Positions 1 to 10,367 of a DNA stretch of 64,000 nt are shown in pieces (position 1 is the stretch's first letter; every line of letters starts with the position of its first letter). The notes below the pieces were generated by a model. The model did no database searches. It was not told where the DNA came from and saw only the letters and a program-made list of their open reading frames with translations. Source of the DNA: Octopus vulgaris. Its lineage: Eukaryota. Both the position numbers and the translations under genes were made by a program. The stretch is from contig OX597829.1 in the NCBI GenBank assembly GCA_951406725.2, forward strand, positions 18,786,001 through 18,850,000. Reading direction: 5' to 3'.

Positions 1-980
1 CACACAAACACATACATACATATACATATATATACACATATACGACAGGCTTCTTTCAGTTTCCGTCTACCAAATCCACTCACAAGACATTGGTCGGACC
101 GGGGCTATAGCAGAAGACACTTGCCCAAGATGCCACGCAGTGGGACTGAAACCGGCCGGACTTATTCTATCGGTCTCTTTTGCCGAACCGCTAAGTTACG
201 GGGACGTAAACACACCAGCATCGGTTGTCAAGCAATGCTAGGGGGTCAAACCAAGACACACAAACACATACATACATATACATATATATACACATATACG
301 ACAGGCTTCTTTCAGTTTCCGTCTACCAAATCCACTCACAAGGCATTGGTCGGCCCGGGGCTATAGCAGAAGACACTTGCCCAAGATGCCACGCAGTGGG
401 ACTGAAACCGGCCCGGTACTTATTCTATCGGTCTCTTTTGCCGAACCGCTAAGTTACGGACGTAAACACATCAGCATCGGTTGTCAAGCAATGCTAGGGG
501 TACAAACACAGACACACAAACACATACATACATATACATATATATATATACACATATACGACAGGCTTCTTTCAGTTTCCGTCTACCAAATCCACTCACA
601 AGGCATTGGTTGGCCCGGAGCTATAGCAGAAGACTCTTGCCCAAGATGCCACGCAGTGGGACTGAAACCGGCCCGGTACTTATTCTATCGCTCTCTTTTG
701 CCATACCGCTAAGTTACGGGGACGTAAACACACCAGCATCGGTTGTCAAGCAATGCTAGGGGTACAAACACAGACACACGAACACATACATACATATACA
801 TATATATATATACACATATACGACAGGCTTCTTTCAGTTTCCGTCTACCAAATCCACTCACAAGACATTGGTCGGACCGGGGCTATAGCAGAAGACACTT
901 GCCCAAGATGCCATGCAGTGGGACTGAACCCAGAACCATGTGGTTGGTTAGCAAGCTACTTACCACACAGCCACTCCTGT
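1..980 (-). repeat. Tandem array (at least 3.7 units of ~256-262 bp) of an internal fragment of tRNA-derived SINE family A; runs off the window start
   Basis: TTGCCCAAGATGCCA recurs at ~121, ~377, ~637, ~899; unit junction ...GGGACTGAAACCGGCCCGGTAC|TTATTCTATCG; only the last unit has the full SINE head (to ~980). Confidence 0.9.
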
Positions 981-1001
981 TGAAACGACATGGTTTTTCT
1001 G

Positions 1002-1152
1002 AACCCTTTGGTATTCAGATTACTCTGTCACATTGTTTTGAATTAGCCTCACATTGTAGGGTAGGTATGAGAAGCCAGTTCTGTCCAGTTTGAACATAAA
1101 ACATGTAGAATATTTTGGCGGGATGTGACCTGTTTAAATGCTAAAGGGTTAA
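1002..1152. mobile_element. TTAA-flanked MITE, piggyBac-like termini (CCCTTTAGCATT...AATGCTAAAGGG)
   Basis: Imperfect terminal inverted repeats, right end GGG|TTAA; related copies at 21820-22375, 41008-41842, 42398-42622. Confidence 0.6.
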
Positions 1153-1237
1153 TCCAGAGAATATTCCATGAATGTGGAAAATATCAGTAGCATGACTGTC
1201 TTGTCTCATCTCATCTATCTTAAACTTCAAAGTATGA

Positions 1238-2200
1238 GGTGCAGGAGTGACTGTGTAGTAAGTAGCTTTCTTACCAACCACATGGTCCTGGGTTCAATCC
1301 CACTGCATGACACCTTGGGCAAGTGTCTTCTACTATAGCATTGTGAGTGGATTTGGTAAACGGAAACTGAAAGAAGCCCATCGTATATATGTATCAGGCC
1401 ATAACCCATGGCCCCTACCTGGGACGTAGTCAGTCCACCTGTGCATACCTTCCTTCTTGTGACACTTGTGAAGACCTGTTGAGGCAAGTGAAAATCAAAA
1501 CAAATCAAAATAGATGAACATCAATGGAATTTGTATCTTTGTGGTACCAGTGCCGGTGGCACGTGGCACACAAGAAAACCATCCGAACGTGGCCGTAGCC
1601 AGTACCGCATCGACTGGCCTCCGTGCTGTGGGCACGTAACAAGCACCATCCGATCGTGGCCGTTTGCCAGCCTCATCTGGCACCTGTGTCGGTGGCACAT
1701 AAAAACACCATCCGTAGCGTGGCCGTCTGCCAGCCTCGTCTGGCACCTGTGTCGGTGGCACATAAAAAACACCATCCGAGCGTGGCCGTTTGCCAGCCTC
1801 GTCTGGCACCTGTGTCGGTGGCACATAAAATCACCCACTACACTCTCGGAGTGGTTGGCGTTAGGAAGGGCATCCAGCTGTAGAAACACTGCCAGATCTG
1901 ACTGGACTGGTGCAGCTTTCGGGCTCCCCAGACCCCAGTTGAACCGTCCAACCCATGCTAGCATGGAAAGCGGACGTTAAATGATGATGATGATGATATG
2001 TATGTGTGCGTATATGTTTGTGTGTCTGTGTTTGTCCCCCCAACATCGCTTGACAAACGATGCTGGTGTGTTTACGTCCCCGTAACTTAGCGGTTCGGCA
2101 AAAGAGACCAATAGAATAAGTATTAGGCTTACAAAGAATAAGTCTTGGGGTTGATTTGCTCCAGCATGGCCGCAGTCAAATGACTGAAATAAAGTAAAAC
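1238..2200 (+). mobile_element. SINE family A (tRNA-derived), interrupted by a nested family C element
   Basis: Head GGTGCAGGAGTGACTGTGTAGTAAG with B-box-like GGTTCAATCC; 3' end ...CAAATGACTGAAATAAAGTAAAA. Confidence 0.85.
1395..1997 (+). mobile_element. SINE-like family C with internal ~60-bp tandem repeats and (GAT)n tail, nested in family A
   Basis: Units TGGCAC(A/G)TAAAAACACCATCCG...GTCGG repeated 4-5x; conserved GGTTGGCGTTAGGAAGGGCATCCAGC; candidate TSD ATATGTAT at 1387-1394 and 1996-2003. Confidence 0.85.
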
Positions 2201-2224
2201 AGTACCTAGTTTCCATACATCTAC

Positions 2225-2540
2225 TGACATTCCATCGGTTATGATGATGAGTTTTCAGTTGATTGATGAAACAACATGTTCATGAAATTAACATGCAAGT
2301 GGCTGAGTGCTCCACAGACATTCGTATGCTTAACGTAGTTCTCAGGGAGTGTGACAAACAATGTGACAAGGCCGGCCCTTTGAAATACAGGTAGAACTCA
2401 TTTTAACCAGCTGAGTGGACTGGAGCAACATGAAATAAAGTGTCTTGCTCAAGGACACAACAACCATACCAGGAATTGAACTCATTACCTTACGATTGTG
2501 AGCTGAAAACCCAAACCACTAAGCCATGTGCCTTCACTTA
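2225..2540 (-). mobile_element. tRNA-derived SINE family D, variant with CORE-like middle
   Basis: Minus-strand head GGCACATGGCTTAGTGG...GAGTTCAATTCC then GTGTCCTTGAGCAAGACAC; 3' body shared with 30725-31112. Confidence 0.7.
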
Positions 2541-2551
2541 ACCATACATCC

Positions 2552-3010
2552 TCATCATCATCATCGTTTAATGTTTGCTTTCCATGCTAGCATGGGTTGG
2601 ACGATTTGACTGAGGACTGGTGAACCAGATGGCTGCACCAGGCACCAATCTGATCTGGAAGAGTTTCAACAGCTGGATTCCCTTCCTAATTCCAACCACT
2701 CCAAGAGTGTAGTGGGTGCTTTTACATACCACTGGCACGTGGGCCAGTCTTGTGGTACTGGCAACGGCCACGCTCAAATGGTACTTTTTATGTGTCACCT
2801 GCACAGGAGTCAGTCCAATGGCACTGGCAATGATCTCACTCGAATGTCTTGTTCATGTGCCAGTAGTAAGGCGATGCTGGTAACGATCACACTCAAATGG
2901 TGCTTTTTACATGCCCACTGGCACAGAAGCCAGACAGTTGCTCTGGCAGTGATCCCACTCGGATGGAGCTGTTAGCGCTCCACTGGCACGGGTGCCAGTC
3001 ATCGAATTTA
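2552..3010 (-). mobile_element. SINE-like family C copy
   Basis: (CAT)n tail at left; reverse complement of family C core and internal repeats. Confidence 0.8.
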
Positions 3011-3029
3011 GTTCAATTGTTATAGATAT

Positions 3030-3230
3030 TGGTTTCAAATTTTGGCACAAAGTCAGTAATTTCAGGTGAGTGGGTTAAATTGTGCTCAACTGGTACTTAT
3101 TTTATCAACCCCCAAAAAGGATGAAAGCCAAAGCTGACCGCAACAGAATTTGAATTCAGAACAAAAAGACAAATGAAATACCACTAAGCACTTTGTCCAG
3201 CATGCTAACGATTCTACCAGCTCACTGCCT
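3030..3230 (-). mobile_element. SINE family B (tRNA-like head plus Meta/MESC-like core), degraded
   Basis: Reverse complement of GAGTTCAAATTCCGCC..GACTTTGCCTTTCATCCTTT..GATAAAATAAGTACCAG. Confidence 0.7.
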
Positions 3231-3444
3231 TATATTGTTATAAATATTGTGGGCTTAGCTGTGTGGTTACTTTGTTTAAACTGAATCTTACTGCTAGACT
3301 CTTCCTAACCTTGAAACCACTGGTGCCATCCCGTACACATTGTTTTCTTTCACATAATATATATGAGAGTATACCATGTAGGCTAGCTTACAGTATAAAT
3401 ACAATAGTGTGTGATTTAAAAGACATTTAGTTACTATTTTAATA

Positions 3445-3630
3445 GGCGTAGGAGTGGCTGTGTGGTAAGTAGCTTGTTTACAAACCTCATGGTTCCAGGT
3501 TCATTCCCACTGTGTGGTACCTTGGGCAAGTGTCTTCTACTATAGCCTTGGGCTGACCAAAGCCTTCTGAGTGGATTTGGTAGACAGAAACTGAAAGAAG
3601 CATGTCGTATATATGTATATATATATATAT
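3445..3630 (+). mobile_element. SINE family A 5' half, ends at Helitron insertion
   Basis: GGCGTAGGAGTGGCTGTGTGGTAAG head; ends in the internal TA microsatellite. Confidence 0.85.
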
Positions 3631-3631
3631 A

Positions 3632-4007
3632 CTAGCACTATGACCCAGCAACGCTGGGTCATAATGCTAGTGCATGCATATACTGCTGTGTGCGTGCGCA
3701 CATACACGCAAGTACTGTCCAAATCTCCAACCAGTCACATACAGCTAGCTGGCATTCAATTGGCGTATCAAGTTTTGGGCATTTTGATTGGGTTTTGGAT
3801 AGAAAATTCACAAAAATGTCACTCCTATTGATTTTTTTAATGGCTTTGTTGGGTGACTGGGAAAATGTGAAGTTGTGCACAACCACCTTTGGATGGTTTT
3901 GAATGATCATAGAAAGTGCGAGCCCTCTAACAGAAAAATTGTGGATTTGTATAAAGGATACACACACACACACACACACACACAGACATTTTGCTGTTTA
4001 TATATAT
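3632..4007 (-). mobile_element. Non-autonomous Helitron-like element
   Basis: Minus-strand 3' end CTAG|T preceded by palindrome CTAGCACTATGACCCAGCAACGCTGGGTCATAATGCTAG; AT-rich 5' end abuts next Helitron. Confidence 0.65.
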
Positions 4008-4008
4008 A

Positions 4009-4402
4009 CTAGCAGTATCGCCCGGCGTTGCTCGGGTTTGTAAGGGAAATAATTATATAAGCATTTTTAGAGATGTAAAGTATAATAGCCATCTCAATAT
4101 GGCTAACCACAAAGGGGGAGGGGTGTTACTGTAGCTTTTTACGTTCTGAGATTTAATAATAAATTTTAGAGAGTTACTTCCCTTATATATGTCAAAAATG
4201 GATTAAAAATGGGAAAAATTGATGGTAATTTTTTTTTAAATCGTAGACTCATCGTAGACGCGCGCTAATACCCAGACGGTCTCGATATGAATCACGACTA
4301 TAAGATACCCGGTTTTGGTTAAACTGCACCGCAAAATGTGGGAGTAGTTAGGAATCTAAATCGTAGGAGACAGACACACAACCTCACTTTTATATATAAA
4401 GA
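4009..4402 (-). mobile_element. Non-autonomous Helitron
   Basis: Minus strand begins A|TCTTTATATATAAAAG, ends CCCGAGCAACGCCGGG hairpin then ATACTGCTAG|T; A/T insertion site, no TSD. Confidence 0.85.
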
Positions 4403-4502
4403 TTTCCTCTATTTACATAATATTGAGGTCTCTTTCTTTCTTTTGTTATCTTACTGTTTTTACCAATATACATATATATATATATATAAATATATATATA
4501 GT

Positions 4503-4823
4503 TACAGAGATGTACTTGCATAGCAAGTGACTTGATCTGAGATCGTGTGCTGGAACGAAAACAGTTGCAGCGTTGAAGGTGTTTATAAGCCATTTAAGAA
4601 ACACACAAAAACCGTTAGATTCACTTCAACATTTAAATTAAATTTGTCAAAATATTTTCGTCGCTTTGAGACCGCGACCTGTTAGCATGATATTTTTGTC
4701 AGTGAACAGGTCGCGGTCTCAAAGCGACGAAAATATTTTGGCAAATTAAATTTAAATGTTGAAGTGAATGTAACGGTTTTTGTGTGTTTCTTAAATGGCT
4801 TACAAACACCTTCCACGCTGCAA
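4503..4823. mobile_element. Penelope/retrozyme-like short repeat in inverted arrangement (~118-bp arms 4565-4683 and 4705-4823)
   Basis: Near-perfect inverted arms; same family at 52628-53086; carries hammerhead-like motif. Confidence 0.7.
4695..4745 (+). ncRNA. Putative minimal type I hammerhead ribozyme, G3-C8 core variant
   Basis: Stem I TTTGTCA/TGGCAAA, core GTGAACA, extra G, stem II GTCGC/GCGAC, GAAA, palindromic AATATT stem III, predicted UUU cleavage triplet. Confidence 0.6.
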
Positions 4824-5180
4824 TATATATATACACACATATATATATATGTATGTATGTATGTATGTGTGTATATGTGTATGCATATATGTGTGTGTGT
4901 GTGCGTGTGTGTCTAACTCCACCACTGCTTGACAACGAATGTTGGTTTGTTTACATCCCTGTCACCTAGTGGTTTGACAAAGGAAACAGATAGAATAAGT
5001 ACAATGCTTACACAAATAAAACTGGAGTTGATTCATTAAACTACAATTCTTCAAGGCATTGCCCCAGCATGGCCACAGACCAATGGCTGGAAAAAGCAGA
5101 AGAATAAAAGAATACATTCTCTGCTTTGGTCATATGTTGAAGGCATGAGAAAGCTTGAGTTTACATGAGAAGGCCTAACA

Positions 5181-5553
5181 GACCTGGTAGAAACAGCAGC
5201 CAAATCTCCCTCAAATCACACCTTACTGTCTTATGTATGTATATATATATGAGCCAATGAGGGGGACCTCTACATGGTAGCTAGACCTGGTAGAAATAGC
5301 AGCCAAATTTCCCCCAAATCACACCTTACTGTCTTATCTATGTATATATGAATGTATGAGCCTATGAGGGAGACCCCTACATGGCAGCTAGACCTGGTAG
5401 AAATAGCAGCCAAATTTCCCCCAAATCACACCTTACTGTCTTATCTATGTATATATGTATGTATGAGCCTATGAGGGAGACCCCTACATGGCAGCTAGAC
5501 ATGGTAGAAATAGCAGCCAAATCTCCCTCAAATCACACCTTACTGTCTTATCT
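5181..5553. repeat. Minisatellite, 3.5 units of 103-107 bp
   Basis: GAC(C/A)TGGTAGAAA(C/T)AGCAGCCAAAT recurs at 5181, 5284, 5391, 5498. Confidence 0.9.
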
Positions 5554-5569
5554 TTCTGCTACTTGGATA

Positions 5570-6053
5570 TAGGTGTTATATTCGTCGTAAAAAAACTTTC
5601 CTGTCACACACTCACGCACACGCACACACACACACACACACGCACCCTCACACAAACACACACGCGCACACCCACACACACACATGCACGTTAGCTTACA
5701 ATTTTATTTATATATTTGCGTGTCTGTGTGGAAAGAGGAAGTGGGAGGCAGAGTGAAAGAATCACTCACTACAGTAAGTCAAGTACTTTCATTTTATTCG
5801 TTGCCCACTGTGTGTGTGCGTTTGCGTGTGCTGTAAACCAGACTAAGAAAAGCATTTGACACACACACCAGAATGTGAGTTTTCTGTAAATTTTGCTTAA
5901 CTGGAGTTTAAATTTTAAAAACTGGACCTGGCATGACGCGATGCATTGTACTCTTAAAAATGCAAGGTAAATTGTAATTGAAGAAATCCTATATTGTAGA
6001 TTTGTATAACTCCCAAAGGGAGGCAGATAAAATCTGCCTTTTATAATAAGAGA
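5570..6053 (-). mobile_element. Probable Helitron-like element, 5' portion
   Basis: Minus strand begins ATCTCTTATTATAAAAG like the other Helitrons; no clear CTAG 3' end, so left boundary uncertain. Confidence 0.4.
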
Positions 6054-6055
6054 TA

Positions 6056-6296
6056 TATGTATGTATGTATGTATGTATGTGTGTATATAAGTTTGTGTGT
6101 CTGTGTTTGTCCCCCCCAACATCGCTTGACAGCCGATGCTGCTGTGTTTGCATCCCCATAACTTCGCAGTTCGGCAAAAGGGACCGATAGAATATCTACT
6201 AGGTTTCCAAAGGATAAGTCCCGGGGTCGATTTGCTCGACTAAAGGCGGTGCTCCAGCATGGCCGCAGTCAAATGACTGAAACAAGTAAAAGAGTA
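6056..6296 (+). mobile_element. SINE family A 3' half
   Basis: GTTTGTCCCCCCCAACATCGCTTGAC...GAAACAAGTAAAAGAG. Confidence 0.85.
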
Positions 6297-6599
6297 TATC
6301 AGTAGTATGTGTTGTTCAACACATATTGTTGAACATATCTCAGAATGTTAACAGAACTTGTAGTGTACAGCAACCAGAAGTCCATCCATGCTTTGGGACG
6401 GTGCTGTGATAAATCACCAGCCTTCACATGGTTGTTATTGTCAACTGCATTTGTATTTTTTTTTTTTCGTGCAGTATGGTGCAGATGTGAGAACTAACTT
6501 TTGACTTATTCTTGAGCACTGTTTATTTAAGCTATTCCAATAAATTTGCTTTTTTTTTTTTTTTTTTGTTCCTGAGACAAAGAATTCCATTAAATATGT

Positions 6600-8010
6600 A
6601 TTTAATATTTGTGGTGTCAGCCATTTGCTATTGAATTAGATGTTTGCCTTGTCTTTATTTCCTCCTTGTTTCTTTCTTGCTTCAAGGAGTTTCGCTTTAT
6701 AAATGTCAAACATGAGAATAATCTTGTCAAAATCTGCTGTCGATGCTAGATCCTGTTATTGAATATTTAGCTAAGATCTGTGACTGTGCTGATTGTTTTT
6801 TGGATCAATAACATTCCATTCACAAACGGCAATTTTTGAACTTTCAACTGACTGATGTTGTTCTTCTCCAACATACTCTTCAGATATTGTTGATTTTTCG
6901 TTTTGATGAATATCATTGGTCTTTTCCAGATTTTCCAGGCAATGTCTGAGTTTGAACCTGGATGTACATAGAAGGACAGATATATCTAAGACAAACAATG
7001 CCCTGAGCGTTAGAGTAAACTCCATGTTCCTAAGTACATTCTTCTAATCAGCATCTCAGTTTGATAATGCCATAGACCAACCATAGAATTGTTCTGTTTC
7101 TTTCAGACCCTCCTTTGATTGTTTATTTCTTATTTCATGAAGAATTTGGTGTTGTTCTGCTTCTTAACTGTTACCCAGAAGCCAATATCTCCACTGATGT
7201 CTTAAGCAATATGCTCATCATACTGTATCTAGCCACTTTCATCGACCAATCAAATTCTGTGGAATATCATCTTGGGTAACATATACATGTCTTATTAAGT
7301 TGTTAACATGATCACCTTCTAAGTCCAAAAGATTCTGATAATTCAGGAGGGTAGCCTTGATCTTGTTGAAAGTGTCATGCTGTTTCTTGACAGTACTTGG
7401 TTATATTGTACTTCATGGTATTCTTGTGGGCTGTGAACAATGTCCCTTATAATTTCTTGAAAAGTGTAACATCTTTGGTGTGGCCTGAAAGAATTGATGC
7501 CTTGTGTTGGCAACATTAGAAATACTAATTAACATAGAACATACCTTCATCCCTTAAAATGGTAGAAATAGGCAGGAGATCTCCATACAACTGTTTCTTG
7601 AGTGGGATGAGTTCTCCAAGATATGCTTAAGACTGCTCTCAGCATTCAAGTGTATGTTCCATCTAGCTTGGATTCTGATTTTTTGGTAAGCATTCATGCT
7701 GTTTCTGTTGTGTCTGGGGAGAGTCATATTGTACTTCATGGTATTCTTGTGGGCTGTGAACAATGTCCCTTATAATTTCTTGAAAAGTGTAACATCTTTG
7801 GTGCGGCCTGAAAGAATTGATGCCTTGTGTTGGCAACATTAGAAATACTAATTAACATAGAGCATACCTTCATCCCTTAAAATGGTGGAAATAGGCAGGA
7901 GATCTCCATACAGCTGTTTCTTGGGTGGGATGAGTTCTCCAAGATATGCTTAAGACTGCTCTCAGCATTCAAGTGTATGTTCCATCTAGCTTGGATTCTG
8001 ATTTTTTGGT
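6600..8010 (-). pseudogene. Heavily decayed DNA-transposon ORF, possibly Academ-like (XPG/PIN-type region)
   Basis: Broken minus-strand frames give EFTLTLRALFVLDISVLLCTSRFKL, FVNGMLLIQ, FDKIILMFDIYK, resembling EF.VVPRALF..DG.ML / IDGM.LVQ / VFDRY motifs; many stops and frameshifts. Confidence 0.4.
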
Positions 8011-8050
8011 AAGCATTCATGCTGTTTCTGTTGTGTCTGGGGAGAGTCAT
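7403..8050. repeat. Direct tandem duplication, 2 x ~323 bp, near identical
   Basis: ATATTGTACTTCATGGTATTC starts at 7403 and 7726; both units end ...GTCTGGGGAGAGTCAT. Confidence 0.95.
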
Positions 8051-8155
8051 TTTCTTCTTGTGTCTTATAATTTAACGCACTCACCGGTAAAATTTCCACT
8101 TATTTCTTATTTTTATTTTCCTAAAATTTTCGTTGCATCTTGCAACCTTTTCAAA
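8028..8155 (-). mobile_element. Penelope/retrozyme-like short repeat with U3-A8 hammerhead-like motif (~8118-8155)
   Basis: Minus strand TTGAAAA G GTTGC AAGAT GCAAC GAAA ATTT TAGG; homologous to 39983-40145. Confidence 0.45.
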
Positions 8156-8329
8156 TATGCTTCAACACATGAACTCACATAAAGAATCTTGCAAACCAAA
8201 CCCAAAAACGAAATTCATGCTCTTGCGTCATATAAAAGAACTAATTCTTCTGTTGCATGGAAAGAAATTCATCTTAAGGTTGTCTGATAGGGTTGATTTT
8301 CAGACAGCATCCAGTTTGTTTAGGACTCA

Positions 8330-8545
8330 CCATGCTTTGGGAAACATTGCTGGTGAGCTAAACAAGAGCTGGCAAATGACCCACTGCTATGGACGCCGAA
8401 GTATGACTCTACTCAAGCAGGTTGTCCAAACACAATGTGTGTAGATCAACTGACCAGAGACATTGGATGCCTCCTCAAGGAACTCCTTCGACTAATGCAG
8501 GACCAAGATGGGTTAAAAATGTCTGAGCAAGCTGAACCAAATAAT
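8330..8545 (+). mobile_element. LINE 3' end fragment (RTE/RTEX-like) followed by (GAT)n tail
   Basis: Frame reads HCW*AKQELANDPLLWTPKY...CVDQLTRDIGCLLKELLRLMQDQDG, typical non-LTR ORF C-terminus. Confidence 0.6.
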
Positions 8546-8738
8546 GATGATGATGATGATGATGGTGACAACGACAATGATGACAACAATGCTGATTATG
8601 ATGATGATGATGATGACAATGATAACGATGGTGGTGGTGGTGTTGGTGATGATGATGATGATGTTAATGATGATTGTGATGATGATGATGATGATGATGG
8701 TGATGATGACGATGATGACGACGATGATTATGATGATG
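8543..8738. repeat. Degenerate (GAT)n microsatellite
   Basis: Seen directly. Confidence 0.95.
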
Positions 8739-10054
8739 CCTTCATCACCCTATTTGGTTGTTCACAAGTGTGGTCTGTGCCAACGATGACAAACAGCACC
8801 TCACTCTTTGTAACAAATATAATTCACATCGTAAAGTTCCTGCTTCAGATGACTTCTCTGCAAACAGAGATTAGACATTACTGAAATAAGATCTTATGTT
8901 GGAAGATGTGAGTAAAATATAGTTTCTACCAGGCATTATTGTTCCCCTTTTTATCACTGACACCCTGGAAAGATAACTTACATTATTTTAGTTGGGCTCC
9001 CACCCAGTCCTCAAAGACAAAGCCATTTCACCAAGTATCTCTATCCATCCACACCACCTTCAGATTTTTTTGTGGATAAAATTCAATCTTGTGTTTTCAT
9101 TTAGGTTGTTGCTAAATGTCCAGCGTCTTCCACTCTAGCCAATTCCACTCAGTAAATCCAAAAGCACAAGTTTTTATGCCTCTTCTTACCTGGTGCCCAA
9201 CAAAATGACCTGATGTGCAGACTTCATTCTGTGATCATGTTGGTCACTTTTGGAAGGCTCCCATAGAGCTGTTCTTTGGTTATGTGCTGCTGCCATTTTG
9301 TATTCAGGGCCATTTGTAGCATCCTTGTATGGCAGCCATTGAAACAATTCTTTGCTTGTTTGGTAAGTGTTTATATTTTACTGCCATATGAGAACATTGA
9401 CTCAACAGTGGCAAGGGATATTTTGTTTTTTGTTCCTCTCAAATAGTCTTGACTTCCGTATTCTCTTGAGTTCTTCACATGCTGTGTTAGCTTATGCTTT
9501 TCTGATTTTCATATCAGCATCAGAGTTGTTCACCCAACTTCCACGATCAGGAATCAGCAAAAGTGAATAAAATGTTAGGATTAAAAGTCCAATGATGCTA
9601 CCTGTGGTTTCATTTTGACACAGAAAACATAGGATTAACCTACTTATTATGTTTCTATGTCAACTAGAACTCAAGGATGCAAATTAAAACTTTTTAAGGT
9701 TTCCATATTGAGAGCTAAAAAATGGCTGCTATGCAGATGTCTATTATGTGAACGCCAGCATTATTTTGGGGATTTCTGAAAATTCCTGGAATGTGTAGCT
9801 TTGTTAATCTCCAAAAATTTTAAATAGCAATAATTTTTGGCATAAGGCTTGTAATTTTGAGGGAAGGGGGAAGTTGATTACATTGACCCCCAGTGTTTTA
9901 CTGGTACTTATTTTCTAAGCCTCAAAAGGATGAAAAGCAATGTTGACCTTGGTGGCATTTGAACTCAGAATGTGAAGCACCAAAAGAAATGCTGCTGCAC
10001 ATTTTATCTGGTGTTCTTAAGATTCTGCCTGCTCAAAACCTTAATAATAATAGT

Positions 10055-10096
<42 letters not shown>

Positions 10097-10367
10097 TATT
10101 CTTTTTATTGGCTACAAGGGCTGACACACATGATTGGTACACATAAAGGGACAAAACAGGACGAAAGGTTACAAAGGGTTTTGTCCGTTTTTGAAAAATC
10201 CGAGTAAAAAACTTTATAACAATTAAATAATTTAACAATGAAAAACTCCCAAAAGGTGTTACGAAAGGTTCCTGGTGGAAAAAAACCCCACAAAAGCCAA
10301 CAGGAGCCTGGTCAAAAAAAGTGGGGTAGAGAGTCCCTTTTTTCTCCTTTTATATTACCTTTTTGAA

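Noticed and set aside
121-1093. Recurrent ORFs such as MPKMPRSGTE and IYDRLLSVSVYQIHSQ here and throughout the window
   Set aside because: Translations of SINE family A, not proteins
1540-1830. Regularly spaced ~60-bp repeats resembling a CRISPR array
   Set aside because: Whole units are homologous with no unique spacers; they lie inside a multi-copy retroposon; no cas genes; eukaryotic context
8435-8884. Acidic poly-Asp ORF
   Set aside because: LINE C-terminus running into a (GAT)n tail
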